The notes: generated from the letters alone by a model not told the origin. DNA of 64,000 bases from Eledone cirrhosa (GCA_964016885.1 OZ024740.1:213094001-213158000); one strand, 5' to 3'. Shown: positions 27,678-46,135, numbered from the stretch's first letter. Numbers and translations are program-made.

Positions 27678-30475
27678 CTAAAGGAATAAGGGTGGGGAGT
27701 TCAGGCCGGGGGGAGTGTGGGTCTGTAAGATGAAGATAGTACGTTGTTCGACCGTGAGGCGATGGGCGGGTGTTCCGTGGCACTGGAGTAGGCCACAGAC
27801 TGTGAGATGGTGTGCGGAGTGTCCAGGGCCACCAAAGTGGCGGGCGATGGGGGAACTGCCCCCGAGACGAATGTCCCGGAGGTGCTCCGTGACTCGGTCC
27901 GCCAGGCGGCGTCCCGTCTGTCCGACATAAGTCGCGCTGCACCTCGTGCAACGAAGTCCGTAGACTAGGTTGGAGGAGGTGCAGCGGAAGGCATGCCGGA
28001 CCGAGAGAGGGTGGCCGTTGGGACCCTGGAAGGTGGTGGTGTTGGTGATGTGGGGACAGGTGTTGCAGCGGGGTCTAGAACAGGGGAAGGAACCGGGGGG
28101 GGAAACGGAGCGTGGGTTGGGGGGTAGGGAGCTGTGGACGAGGAGGGTGCGGAGATTGCGTGCGCGTTTGAAGGAGGGGAGTGGTGGGGTTGGGAAGATG
28201 TGGGAGGTGGAGGGGTCGGACTGGAGGTGTCGGAAGAGGCGGCGGATGGTGCGGTGGAGGGGTAAGGTGGAGGGGTGGTAGGTGATGGGGAAGGGGAGAC
28301 GGTGGGTGGGTGTGCGGTGGCGTGGGGTGAGGGTGGTAGAGCGGGGGATAGCACGGGCGCGGGTGAGAGCGGTGTGGACGAGAGAGGGGGGGTAACCTCT
28401 GCGGATGAAATGGCTGACTAGGGAAAGGGCCTGGGACTCGAAGTCAGCATCTCGGCTACAGAGGCGGCGGATCCTGAGAAGTTGGGAGTAGGGAATGGAG
28501 AGTTTAGTGTGGGTGGGGTGGGAAGAGGTGAAGTCGAGGTAAGAGTGGGAGTCGGTGGGTTTGAAGAAGGCGGAGGTGACGAGGGAGTGGTGAGAGGGGT
28601 CGAAGGCGACGGAGATGTCCAAGAAGTGGACGTGGGTGGTGGAGATAGAGGTGGTGAAGTGGAGGGAGGGGTGGAAGGAGCAGAAGAAGGAGAGAAAGGA
28701 GTCGAGCTGTACTCGGGTGAGGGTCGTGGCTCCGATACAGTCGTCAATGTAACGACCGTACAGTTCGGGCGTGGGGCCGGTGTACTGGGCAAAGATTTGG
28801 GCCTCAACATGGCCAACAAAAAGGTTGGCATAGTTCGGGCCCATTCTTGTGCCCATGGCTACCCCCGTGACCTGTTGGTAAAACTCACCCGAGAAGGAGA
28901 AACAATTTAGGGTGAGGACCAGCTCGGCGAGGCGAAGGAGGGTGGGGGTGGAGGGAATGGGGGAGGGGCGAAGGTCGAGGTAGTGTTTGAGGGCACGAAG
29001 GCCGTCGGCGTGGGGGATGACGGTATAGAGGGACTTGATGTCTAGGGTGAAGAGGAATGGCTGAGGGCCGCGTAGGTAGGTGAAGGAGTCGAAAAGGCGC
29101 AGGGCGTGGTTGGTGTCAGAGATGTGGGAGGGGAGGGTGGTGACAAGGGGGGCGAGGAGGGAGTCGAGAAAGGCGGAGATGAGTTCAGTGGGGCAGTTGC
29201 AAGCGGAGACGATGGGGCGGCCGAGGTTGTCGGGTTTGTGGAGTTTGGGGAGGAAGTAGATGGTGGGGGTGCGGGGTGTGCGGACGATGAGGTGGGAAGA
29301 GGTGGGGGGGGAGGAGGGAGGAGGCGATAAGGTCTTTGATGGTGGAGGAGACTTGTTGTTGGTAGAGGGGGTGGGATCGGAGGGTAGAGGGCGGTAAAAG
29401 AGGGGGTTACAGAGCTGCCTGAGGGCTTCGGCCTTGTAGAGGTCCGCGCGCCATACCACCACGGCGCCTCTCTTGTCCGCCGGTTTGATGACGATGTCAT
29501 CTCGGCTACGGAGGGAGCGGAGAGCGAGGAGTTCGCCCCGTGAGATGTTGTGCCGTTTGGAACGGTGGCGGAAGTCGAAACGATTTACTGCGCTACGGCT
29601 GGCATCGACGAAGGCGTCCAGGGTGCTAAATTGCCCTGGGGCCGGCGTCCAAGAAGATGGTCGTCGGCCCAGGGCGAGAAACGGGTCTGGGGCGTCCGGA
29701 GCCGGTGGCGTTCGGCTGAAATGTGCCTGTAGCTTAGTGCGTCGCACGAATCGCTCGACTTCCGTTCGGGTGCGGAACTCGTCGCTGAGCGGAGTGTGGG
29801 GTATGAAGCGAAGGCCTCTACTAAGGAGTGAGCGCTCAGGTGCGGAGAGGGGGAGGTCAGGGGGTATGGTGACAACAAGGGGTGGGGTTTGGGTGTTAGG
29901 GGAGGGAAGGGAGGGTGTGGTGAGGGGTGGAGATTGGGTGGGGGTGGCGGTCGGGGGAGAGGTGGGGAGTGGTGGGCGTATGGGGATGGGCGGGTGGTGG
30001 TGGATGGGGGGGGAGGAGTGAGTGTAGCTTGCGGGCTTTGGTGGAGCTGAGGAACGAGAAGAGGTTGTGGTTGAGGTTGTGGATGAAGGAGAGGATGGCT
30101 TGGGCGAGGAGGGGGTGGCAGGTGGAGTAAAGGCGGAGGAGGGTGGCGGTCAGTTGGTGGTCAAGTAGGCGGAGGGTGGAACGGGAGGCGCGGATGGAGT
30201 TGCGCATCAGAAGGCGTGAGGATCGGGTGAGGATACGTTGCGCGGAGGGGGGAGGCAGCGGGGGAGGGGTGGAAGTGTAGACGGAAGCCGAGGGGGATAA
30301 GGTGGAGGCGGAGGCAGTGGCTGAGGAAATGGATGTGGCTGGAGTGCCGGGTTTTGGCGAAGAGAAGGTAGGAGAGTTGATGGGTGGAGGGGAGATAGCA
30401 GGGTGGAAGGAGGCGGGTGATGAAAAGTTTGAGGCGATTGTGGAGTTGGTGGAGAAAGGATCTCAGGTTGGGCAT
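27678..30475 (-). pseudogene. PLE RT/GIY-YIG ORF with disablements in the N-terminal region (27678-29747 continuous)
   Basis: IKPADK, LPKLHK, GRPIVS, LDIKSLYT, GVAMGT, RYIDD, FLD, SSHP, C..C, FRCTSSNLVYGLRC..C..YVGQTGRRL..R..EH..GLN; probable ATG at 30475 (MPNLRS), with frame breaks near 30200 and 29896. Confidence 0.9.
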
Positions 30476-30789
30476 GATGGGCGTTGGGTGAAAGCAGGGG
30501 GAGGGATGAGAGGGCAGGGGTGTGAAGCGGGGTGGAGTGAACGAAGGGGTGAAAGCGAAGGATAGGCAGAGACGGGGAAGGGAAAAAAAAACAGAAAAAC
30601 GTAGGGAGGGGGGGAGTAAACACCGGAAAATTAAAGACAAAAAATCATAAAGGTAATAACAGGCGATCGTGAACAAAAATTCATAGAAATATCATAAAGG
30701 TAATGACACAGGCGATCGTGAACAAAAAATCATGGAATACAATTGTAGGAACACAGGCAAAGAATCATATACGGAAAAAAAAGGGATAT

Positions 30790-31018
<229 letters not shown>

Positions 31019-31019
31019 C

Positions 31020-31175
<156 letters not shown>

Positions 31176-31179
31176 TATA

Positions 31180-32010
31180 TTACTCTTTTACTCTTTTACC
31201 TGTTTCAGCCATCCGGCTGAGGCCATGCTGGGGCACCGCCCTTGTTGCTACACATTTTATCTCCAGCCTGTATAGGTTGGCCACTGGTGTAGGAGGGAGT
31301 TTGTTGCTGCTGCCCTTAGGTTTCCCTCGTGTCTTGCTGTGGGCTCATCCGGGATCCTGGATAACAAGGTGTCGAGATGTTTCTTAAAGACATCCACCTC
31401 CACGTCATGCAAGTCTCGCAGATCCCTCGGCAGCCTGTTGAAGAGTTGAGGGCCCTTGAATCCCAGGCTATTGCAATACCTGCTCCTTATTCTAGATGTG
31501 GAAGACGGGACCTTTGGCACCACACAGTGACGTCCTGTTCGACGGTTGGTCCAGCTCCCAATGCCAAAGTTTGGTGCTAGTCCCTCCAGGATTTTCCACA
31601 TGTAGATCACTGCGTATCTCTCCCGTCTTCGCTCCAAGGAGTAGAGGTTCAGTTCCTTCAGCCTCTCCCAGTAGCTTGTCTCCCTCATCTTGCCAATCCT
31701 CTTGGTGTAGCTTCGCTGGATTGCCTCAAGCTCTGTGGTTAGTTTGACACTATGGGGTGACCACAGCTGGGAGCAGTAGTCCAGGCGGCTTAGGACAAAT
31801 GTCCTCCACAGTGTCAACATGGTGTCTCGATCTCTTGTAAGGAAAGTCCTCAAGATCCAGCCAGCGAATCGTCTACATGCTGTCGCCACCTTCATGATGT
31901 GTGAAGAAAAAGATGCATCATCGCTCATGTCTATGCCCAGGTCTCGTATCGATTTTGACACGGGGATATCGGTCCCTCCTGGTCCTATGTAGCTGTGTTC
32001 CGCTATATTT
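31180..32010 (-). mobile_element. CR1-like LINE 3' fragment (family 1) with (GTAAAAGA)n tail
   Basis: [50 protein letters not shown]; stop at 31257; (TA)n flanks. Confidence 0.9.
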
Positions 32011-32019
32011 GTGTTTGTG

Positions 32020-34681
<2,662 letters not shown>

Positions 34682-34695
34682 GTATATATATATAT

Positions 34696-36402
<1,707 letters not shown>

Positions 36403-36546
36403 GTATATATATATATATGTATATATATATGTATATATATATATGTATATATATATATATGTATATATATATATGTATATATGTATATATGTATATATAT
36501 ATATATGTATATATATATGTATATAGATATATATAGATATAGATAT

Positions 36547-37311
<765 letters not shown>

Positions 37312-37580
37312 GTATATATATGTATATATATATATATACATATTTATATATATATATACAGCTGTAGCTGGCACTACCAACGCTTGATTGGGTCTACTCC
37401 ACGCCCTCCCCTCTTTCTCCTACTGGCAGGTTTAGCCACCATCTCCCCTACTAATTTCCAACCACAGAATTACTTCTGATTTTTGACAATCACTTTGACC
37501 ATATATGGAATTACCCCTTGAGAAGATCGGCTATTTAAATACCAGGATAAATTTTCATTTAGTCCAGAATTAGCCGTCGA

Positions 37581-37749
37581 ATGATAGGAACCTCAGTCCC
37601 TATCATCTCATTTCTACAACTGAGTAAACTGGAGGAATGTGAAATAAAGTGTCTTGCTCAAGGAAACAACACATCACCCGGTCTGAGAATTGAACTCACA
37701 ACCTTTCGATTGCAAGGCCAATGCTCTAACTACTAAGCCATGTGCCTCC
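37581..37749 (-). mobile_element. tRNA-derived SINE, family A
   Basis: Highly similar to 53140-53309 and homologous to 6220-6360. Confidence 0.8.
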
Positions 37750-37797
37750 ATATATATATATCAATAAATATATATATATACATAGATACATATACAC

Positions 37798-39348
37798 ATC
37801 GGTCGTTCACGCACATTGACATTGCACATCCAACGGAGCATGCTTGCCTCATTTCTCTCCAGCTGTCGCATATCCTCTGCAGTTGCTGCCCATGTCTCAC
37901 TACCATGCAGCATCGCGCACCTCACACAGGCATCATACAACCGGCCTTTCGTACGCAGGGAGAAACCCTTCTTCGTCAGCAGAGGAAGCAGCTCCTTAAA
38001 CTTCTTCCAACCCATCCTTATTCTAGATACTATGGCCTTGGAACACCCTCCTCCCATGCTAATCTGATCTCCTAGGTACCGGAAGCTATCCACCACTTCT
38101 ATAGCGCCCTCCTGCATCTGAAAAATGTGTCTATCAATGCGACTTCTACTGTCAAATTTCCCTGTACATCTGCTGCATACATATTTCTCCCTACCTGTTA
38201 GTTTGCCTGCTATCTCACTACATCTCTTGTGTACCCAAGATCTGCATTGTGTACTTTTTATGGAATTTATGCCAGTTCCTTTTCTGCATATCGAACATGG
38301 CCATTTCCCTGACGGAATCAGAGTTTTGTCCTCTTTTCTACTCATCAACACTTTTGTCTTAGCTAGGTTCACTCTCAGTCCTCTTGCTTCCAACTGCTGT
38401 TTCCATAGCCAGAATATATTCTCTAGCTCCTCTACTGATTCTGCTATAAGAACCAGATCGTCAGCATAGAGAAGTTCCCATGGACAGCCAGTCTTACACT
38501 CCTCTGTTATGGCTTGGAGGACTATAAAGAACAAGAGTGGGCTGAGGACTGAACTCTGATGTACTCCTACTTGTATCTGGAATTCCTTACTAAATTCCAT
38601 TCCTACCCTTACTTTACTGACAGCACCTCTGTACAAAGCTTGCACTGTCCTTACAAGCCATTCCTCAACACCTAGTTTTCTTAGGGACCACCAGATGACA
38701 GATCGGGGTACCCTATCAAAGGCCTTCTCTAGGTCAACAAAAGCTAAGTATAGTGGTTTATTCTTCTCTAAGAACCTCTTGTAATTGTCTCACCAAGAAG
38801 AGGGTATCTGTTGTACTTTTCCCAGGCACAAAATCAAACTGCATCTCATCTAGTTTGACCCTTTCTCTAATTAGTTGCGCTAATATCCTTTCTGCCACTT
38901 TCATAACCTGATCGATCAGTTTTATACCCCTATAATTGCTCCTCTCCAGAGCATCCCCTTTAACTTTGTAGCAATTTATGAGAATACTACTGCACCAGTC
39001 TTTGGGTATGACACCGCCATATATAGCCTGATTGATGATGCGTGCAACCAGTTTAGTGCCTACGTCCCCTGATACCTTCAGCACCTCAGCAACTATCCCC
39101 GACGGTCCAGCGACCTTACCATTTTTCATTTCCTTAATCCCCTCTTGGACCCTATATTCGTCAATCTCAATAGCTGGTCCCTCTGTCGGATCTACTAATT
39201 GTAATTTCTCTCTCTCCCATTCGTTCTCCACATTCATCAGTCTCTCATAATGACATTTCCAGGCCTTGTTTTTCTGATCATTCGTGACACTAAGTACACC
39301 GGCATCATTCCGGACATATTTATCTCCAACAACATCCTGATTTGCATT
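37798..39348 (-). mobile_element. RTE-clade LINE fragment (RT with an inserted Cys/His finger)
   Basis: NYRGIKLI, DEMQF.F.PG.STTD, DLEKAFDR (between the ORFs), GVHQ.SVLSPLLF, LLYADDL, then C..C..C..WVHKRC..C..C, FRYLG and LHGSETW. Confidence 0.9.
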
Positions 39349-39349
39349 G

Positions 39350-40323
39350 ACAAGGCGTTTCCATACTGATGTTGCAGGTACGCTGTAATTCCTATGTTGT
39401 AAAGATAAATCAGGAAAAAGGTTTTTAATCTCATTGCTGACAATTGTTTCTCTGAGCTGGTAGTTCTAGAGATCGCTACCCGCTTGTTTTCACGTTATTC
39501 TATCACCAATACAAAGTTATAACCAGTCAATTCATCGGAGCTTGTGAGAATGAAAGGAATATACAGGCATGGCTACTATATATAGTAGTAATGCCATTCA
39601 ATCAGAACAATAACAACAATACTAACAATGCTAGCAATAAATTATTTGAAATAATCACAACATCAATCTAAGTGGGAAGTATAGTATATCTACGATTTTA
39701 GCATGTAAAACTAGCTGACATGAGGCATTATATTGCTACTCTGTTAATGTTGTCTTATACATGTATGTTATTGATGATTAGAAAGCTAGACAACCCTTAC
39801 ATCTAATATAGACCACACAAATATTACTATCCTCACTACAGTGATAAATTCTTCATCTGTCAGATAATAAATGATTTTTATGGCTACCAGACCTACATTG
39901 TTTAAAGCCACCGGCTTATCTTTACACTATATATAATACACCCCATGACAGCTTTTACATGTCAATTTTATACATCTGCCTCATGTCAGCTAGTTTTACA
40001 TGCTAAAATCGTAGATATACTATACTTCCCACCTAGATTGATGTTGTGATTATTTCAAATAATTTATTGCTAGCATTGTTAGTATTGTTGTTATTGTTCT
40101 GATTGAATGCCATTACTACTATATATAGTAGCCATGCCTGTATATTCCTTTCATTCTCACAAGCTCCGATGAATTGACTGGTTATAACTTTGTATTGGTG
40201 ATAGAATAACGTGAAAACAAACGGGTAGCGATCTCTAAACCTACCAGCTCAGAGAAACAATTGTCAGCAATGAGATTAAAAACCTTTTTTGTATAGCAAA
40301 CCGTGTCACTCTTCTTTCCTGAT
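39350..40323. mobile_element. Non-coding fold-back element with hammerheads (PLE-like)
   Basis: About 313-bp inverted arms (39415-39727 / 39977-40289) around a 250-bp spacer; the right end abuts (TA)n. Confidence 0.85.
40155..40275 (+). ncRNA. Hammerhead variant with CCGAUGA core and long stem II
   Basis: TCTCA..GCT-CCGATGA-..TGACTGGT..ACCAGCTCA..-GAAA-CAATTG-TC-AGC..TGAGA; mirror copy in the left arm. Confidence 0.62.
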
Positions 40324-40350
40324 TCATATATATATATATATATATATATA

Positions 40351-40527
40351 CAATATATTAATAAATGGAAACTATATTTATAAAAATTTATCTTCAAATG
40401 AATCTGATGTTTATATTTCTGTCAATAAAGTTAACCAACTTACATCAATTTTGCTACCGATAATTTTGATATCGATTTTTTATCGATTAATTATGGTTTT
40501 ATAAATATAGTTTCCATTTATTAATAT

Positions 40528-40531
<4 letters not shown>
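40351..40531. mobile_element. 181-bp element with 34-bp inverted ends shared with the 6558 fold-back
   Basis: CAATATATTAATAAATGGAAACTATATTTATAAAA ... TTTTATAAATATAGTTTCCATTTATTAATATATTG; (TA)n on both sides. Confidence 0.8.
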
Positions 40532-40558
<27 letters not shown>

Positions 40559-40571
40559 GAATATATATATA

Positions 40572-40690
<119 letters not shown>

Positions 40691-41261
40691 AGCGACTATG
40701 AATAAACAAAGTTAATTTTAACTTGTTGACTTATACTTCATGTTTATCAATATACTCTGGAGTAAACAGATCCACCTGTGCACTTCAGTGCACTTCAGTG
40801 CACTTCAGTGCACTTCAGTGCACTTCCCAACACAGTCAAATTAATTATATATATGTTAAAATTGGAATTGAAAAGTTAGGCATACAGGTATTAAATTCAA
40901 AAAGTCTAACTTTCCTAAAGCCTGGCTGAGGGTTCAAAGAAATTGCTTCGGTCGTCACTGTTGAGGCCCCACTCTGCAGGGGGCCTAGGACAATTTCCCC
41001 CTATCTAGGGGTAAAACAACTATCCTGCCAATACGAAACTGCAGAAGTTTATGGAAACTGTTGTCTCTATTGTGAGCACAAAATAAAACAAAAATTGAAA
41101 CGTAAAATGCTAAAATAAAATGCACCTAAATTAAATTGATAATTCCCATTACTTCTGAAACAACAGAAATATTTTTTATTATTGCAGACATTAATAATTG
41201 TAGTCTACTTGTATTAGAAACTGTTCTTACATTATTATTGCTGTTATTTCTACTGCTTCAG

Positions 41262-41397
41262 AATTCTTGGATTACCGTCCAAAGAGGAATGGCCAGAAAA
41301 TGCAATTTTACTGTGGAATTCATTTACTCCTCAACTGAAAAAACCTTTAGAAGACTGTGTTCGTGAAATTGGACCTCTTGCAAAGGACTTATTAACG
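41262..41397 (+). CDS. CDK4/6: Cyclin-dependent kinase 4/6-like, internal coding exon (kinase subdomains X-XI)
   Basis: CAG|...|GTAAAT, 136 bp, phase 2 to 0. ILGLPSKEEWPENAILLWNSFTPQLKKPLEDCVREIGPLAKDLLT aligns without gaps to CDK6 VIGLPGEEDWPRDVALPRQAFHSKSAQPIEKFVTDIDELGKDLLL (recalled sequence). Confidence 0.88.
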
Positions 41398-42004
41398 GTA
41401 AATCTTACTTATAAATGCCTAACTAGTAGGGAACACTGAATTGTTATCTGAAGGGTCAATGGTTCAGCCCCATCTCCATTAATTATTACAATATTGTATG
41501 TCTAGCCAAAACTCATTTACTCTTGGGTCTCGAATAATCGTCCCTGCTTATTAATTTTTTAGATTTTTCCACTCCACCCCCTCCCTTATTAAATTTTGCT
41601 AATGTAATTTTATTTTAAGTCGTAGCATTCCTACAATTAATTTTCTTTATACAGACCAAAAAATACATTACTAGAAATCCCATACATCATACAGGATAGG
41701 CTGGGGTCTCAATATGTAAATCAGATAATCGTCTCCCCTGTCTGCTTAGTTCCAGCCATCCGGCTGAGGTCATGCTGGGTCACCGCCCTTGCTTATTCAT
41801 TTTTAAGATTTTTTCCACCCATCTTTTATTCCAACGTCTTCCACCAAATTTTGCTAATCTACCTCTGGGGAAATTTTATTTTAAGTAGTAGCATTCCTTC
41901 GAGGAATTTTCTTTTCTTTATATATTAAAAAACACATGATGAAAAAAGTACATTCCGAGAAATCCCATACATTGTAAAATAAATAGGGTATGTTGGGGGT
42001 TTCA

Positions 42005-43239
42005 ATCATCATCATCAGCGTTTTACTTCCATTCTTCCACGCTAGCATGGGTTAGACAAGTTGTCCTGTTGTGAGCAATGCGAATTCGGTTGACCATACC
42101 TGGCTCATACAGAACTGATTTGGGCTAGATTTCTACAGCTGGATGCCCTTCCTAACGCCAACCTCATTTACAGTGAGTACTGGGTGCTTTTTTGTCGTCA
42201 CCAGCACGACAACTTTACAGTATGTAAAAAAAAACGGCTAATCTAGGTTTTTAAAAAATCAAGGGAGACAGCCTAGAAAAAATATCTATTTTCCAACCTC
42301 ACCGCTTATTATGCCTGCATAACACAAAAAGACAATTTATGTAGAATATAAAAGGAACCAACAAACTATATATTGTGAAGGGAGATTACTCTTGCAAATT
42401 TTACTGTCTTAAATATTTTATTCTGTAGGTTCAGTGATTGTTAAGATACACTGGCAAGTGAATTATTGATATACTCGAATATAAGTCTACCCCTCCTCCA
42501 TTTTATATCTGAGAAATGAGCAAAAATCCAAACCCTGTGAATAAGTTGAGGCAGCTAATCAACACATGTTTAGATCATGCAGTTTTGAAATTTTCATGTG
42601 TATATTTATGAAATTTTGATATTTAAAATATTTTAAGTGTCGTTTAGAGTATAGTTTCATTACATAATGGGTTTTTACTATTTCATCCAGTTTATAAAGT
42701 CTCAATAAGTTTATCGAATTTTTCTTTACTTCCGGTTACTTAAATGCCTGGAGTATTTTGCTTCTTTTCTTTTTAGCAGACAACAATAGCTCCATTTCCT
42801 GAATATAACAGATTTTTATTTAATACACACGTCCAAACATGGAAAAATGGATGTGAAAATGATGGAAATATCGTTGACGATACACAAATGAAATGTGTGC
42901 CTTAAAAAACTTGAAAACTATTTAGCATCGTCAAGTATTAAAGCGTTAGTTTACAATGTGTGTGTATATATATATATATATATCATCACTGTTTAATGTT
43001 CATTTTCCACGCTAACATAGGTTTAGACAGGTAGTCCTATTTGAGACAAATCGAAGTCAGATAACCATGTCTTGCTCCTACCAAACTGATTTTGGCTTGG
43101 TTTCTACGGCTGGATGCCTTTCCTAACACCAACCACATTTATAGTGCTGGGTGCTTTTTGTCATGACACCTACGCAACCACTTTACAGTGTGGGCTGGGT
43201 TCTTTTTGTCATGTTGCCACCACGTCCACTATATATATT

Positions 43240-43270
<31 letters not shown>

Positions 43271-43432
43271 CATCGTTCATCATCATTTAACGTCCATTTT
43301 TCCATGCTAGCATGGGTTAGACGAGTTGTGGGACAAGCCAGACCAGGTGATCGTGTCTTGCTCATACAGAACTGTTTCTGGCTTGGTTTCTATGGCTGGA
43401 TGCACTTCCTAATGCCAACCAATTTACAGTGT
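42005..43432 (-). mobile_element. Three RTE-tail/SINE repeats (about 42005-42225, 42983-43232, 43270-43432)
   Basis: (CAT)n followed by TTTAACGTCCATTTTCCA.GCTAGCATGGG...GCTGGATGCC.TTCCTAA; reverse complement of the 5966-6125 family. Confidence 0.72.
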
Positions 43433-43434
43433 GG

Positions 43435-43985
43435 ACATCTTCCATAGAGAGACTGTCAGTCCAATTTTCCTTCAGGAGCTCCTGAATCCTTTTCCAGTTA
43501 GCTTTGTGGAAGTTTAGGTTAGATAGAGACCGAGTGCTTCGTGTCGGTTGTATATCTTCAGTCTTCCTTGGAATATACATTTCTAGTTCTAATTGTTGGT
43601 GTCACTTTCACATTGTGGATGAGCGTGTTATTCGTGAAACAGAGATCCAGGATATTCTCACCTCTTGTTGGATGAAGTACCATTTATTCCATGAGTGTAT
43701 TTTTGTAAGGTCCAAACAAGGATTCTGTCTGCCTTTGTTCAGGTGCTGTCATACCTGAGTGCGGCTGGCCCTTGGGCCATTTGACGTTAGGGAAGTTAAA
43801 ATCACCCAGCAGTAGCATGTTGAGACTCTGATCCAAATTGATCAGCATTCTTCAATCCTTCAAACTTGTCCTCATGTCTGGGGGCATCTTGTTGTCAATA
43901 TGTGATACACATTACCATTTTGCGTTGCTTTATGTGTACTATTAGTGTGTCACTGACTGAGTTGGAATATGGCAACAGTACTAAT
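43435..43985 (-). mobile_element. Decayed CR1-like APE endonuclease fragment
   Basis: The minus strand reads LLLGDFNFPNVKW and LNFHKANWKRI, with stops and frameshifts. Confidence 0.7.
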
Positions 43986-44327
43986 GTGTATGAGAATCAA
44001 AAACAAACAAACATGTTGTTTTACTTTTTTTTCCCCGAGAATTAAAGATAAACAAAATTGAAGTTTGTTATGTATTCTGCCTGAAGTAGAAAAAATAAAA
44101 GATTTACGTTGTAAGTTCTTTATACTCAAAAAATTACTGAAAATAGGAAGAAAAGTAAAATAGAAATAGAATGGAAATATTATTTACCCAATATTTAAAG
44201 TGAAATCATTATTATGACTAGCAGAAAAACTGCCCTTTGGGCAGTTTTCTGCTAGCATATGTAGTGTGCATATTGGTATTATACGCAAATATAGATATAT
44301 GTAAATTGAAAAGTAAATTGACAATAT

Positions 44328-44965
44328 CTTCTTCTTCACCCACTTATTTCTGAGAGGGTCGTGGGGGCAGAGTCCTTCCCAAACACTCCTTCCAGCGAGT
44401 CTGTCAGTAGCAAACACCTCTAATACAGTTGGATCCCAAAGCGTGATCAGCCAAACTCATGGATGTTATCCAACTATCTTGCTGAGAGTCTACCTCTGGG
44501 TCTCTTGCCGGTTGGTTTTGCCTGTAAAATGTGTCCAGCGATTCTTTACTGAGACATTCTAACCACATGGTCATAATATCAGAGTTGTGATTCTTAATTC
44601 GGAGAAGTAGCGGCTCTACCAGGAGTGACTCTCTGGTCCCTGAGCTATGCACTTTATCGAGTAACGTTACTCCAAAGACCCTTCGGAGGAATCCCATTTC
44701 TGCCACTCTGCAATTGTATTCTTTTGGTCATTACTCAAGAGTCATGATCATCGGTAAGAGTTGGCAGGAATACCAGGACGACAGCGAGTTTGGCTTTTGC
44801 ACCTACCCCCTTCATCTGATTGCTGAATGCTGAGGCTGGCGCATTACTGCATCAGCTCTTGCAATTCTTGCACTTAATTCAGCCTCCTGCCTTCCATCAC
44901 TCATGAACACAGCTCCAAGATACTTGAACTTCTCTAACTGCTTCAGTAGAACTCCATTCACATGT
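44328..44965 (-). mobile_element. RTE (Expander/Rex3-like) 3' fragment with (GAA)n tail
   Basis: EKFKYLG.VF.SDGR..EL.ARI and AEMGFLRRV.G.TLLDKV; related 3' ends at about 52745-52850 and 57383-57610. Confidence 0.78.
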
Positions 44966-45119
44966 ATATAAATTTGAGGGACTTCTGTCCACCTGTCCAT
45001 CACACAATGTGTATGTGTGTTTGTGTGAATGTATGTGTGTGTAAAAGGAAGGAAAGGGATACACACATATATATGTCTATCTTAACAGTGACACACACAC
45101 ACGTGTCTCTAATTTAAGA

Positions 45120-45765
45120 GCGCCGACAAACTCACGCACGCACACATACACACACTGTCCTATTACTACTTAAGAGCTTTGGCCATGGCAAACATCCCCT
45201 AAATTTTGGAACCATCTGGGTTGTCCTGAATTGATGGGAAAAGACTTGACGGTCTTATTCTGTGCTCCTGGTCAAGAGGCAGGTGCCTTACCTGGGACAT
45301 CACAGTTAGTGACTCTTTTGCTTCTTCCCACATCCTGGATGCAGCGGTAAGGGCGAGAGCTACAGCATCTGCAGCTGAACGGAACAAAATCCTAAAATAC
45401 CACATGTTCTGTCGACTAACTACATTATCCAGCCTGTGGGGGAGTTGGGCTACTGACAGTGAGATTCTTATCTTCACTGGTGGCTCGCCAAACAGAGGTA
45501 ACTGGTGATGCTCGTGAGGGCACTTGGTTGTTCCAGTACCTCAGCGTCGCCATCACCCCAGGTAATGCTGCGAGCGTGCTGGCCTGCCTCAAAAATTATT
45601 AGAGAGGTTTCCCAGTGCTCCTCGCTATATTACTATCTTTTGCTCTGGTAGTGGCTCGTTTGTCCACTCTTTTGCCTGCATTTTGTTCTATGTGGTCTAA
45701 GATGTGTGTATTACGTGCTTGTGTATTTTTTCTCTTTCTTTTTTTCCTTTCCTTTGTATATATTA
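45120..45765 (+). mobile_element. CRE-clade non-LTR retrotransposon 3' fragment (RLE domain, decayed)
   Basis: Manual translation of the + strand: KRALAMANIP*ILEPSGLS*IDGKRLDGLILCSWSRGRCLTWDITVSDSFASSH..AAERNK..KY..TGDAREGTWLFQYLSVAI..GNAASVL. Missed by the ORF track because of stops. Confidence 0.8.
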
Positions 45766-45771
45766 TATTGA

Positions 45772-46135
45772 ATTGGCAGTATCAGTAAAGGGTCGGACGC
45801 CATGCTTTCTAGCATAGTTACATCCCTTTATGGTCTGAGTTCAAATACTTTGCCTTTCATCATTACGGTGTTGATAAAATAAAGTACCAATAATGCACTG
45901 GGATAATTGCTGGCCTTGTGCCAAAAGTAGAAACAATTATTAAAAGGGTGGTGGGTTGGCAGTATAGGTAGAGGGCTGGATGCCATTCTTTGCAGCATAG
46001 TTACGGCCCTTTACGATCTGAGTTCAAATCCCACCGAGGTTAGCTTTGCCTTTCATCCTTACGGGGTCGATAAAATAAATTACCAGTAATACACTGGAAT
46101 AATTGCTGGCCTTGTGCCAAAAGTAGAAACAATTA
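45772..46135 (+). mobile_element. Two head-to-tail SINE family B copies
   Basis: Both contain TTGGCAGTAT..GAGTTCAAAT..TTTGCCTTTCATC..GTAGAAACAATTAT. Confidence 0.8.

Larger units (their letters stand above)
26200..30785 (-). mobile_element. Near full-length Penelope-like element with a strongly C-rich sense strand
   Basis: RT plus GIY-YIG ORF, a long CA-rich 3' region, a hammerhead-like motif near the 3' end, and (TA)n on both sides. Confidence 0.93.

Noticed and set aside
27701-30623. Pro- and Gly-rich alternative-frame ORFs overlapping the PLE
   Set aside because: By-products of the extreme C/G skew of the real ORF.
37515-37582. CTTGAGAAG..CGGCTA..TAGCCG..CGAA hammerhead-like variant
   Set aside because: Non-canonical core, and the 3' half is interrupted by a SINE, so it cannot be evaluated.
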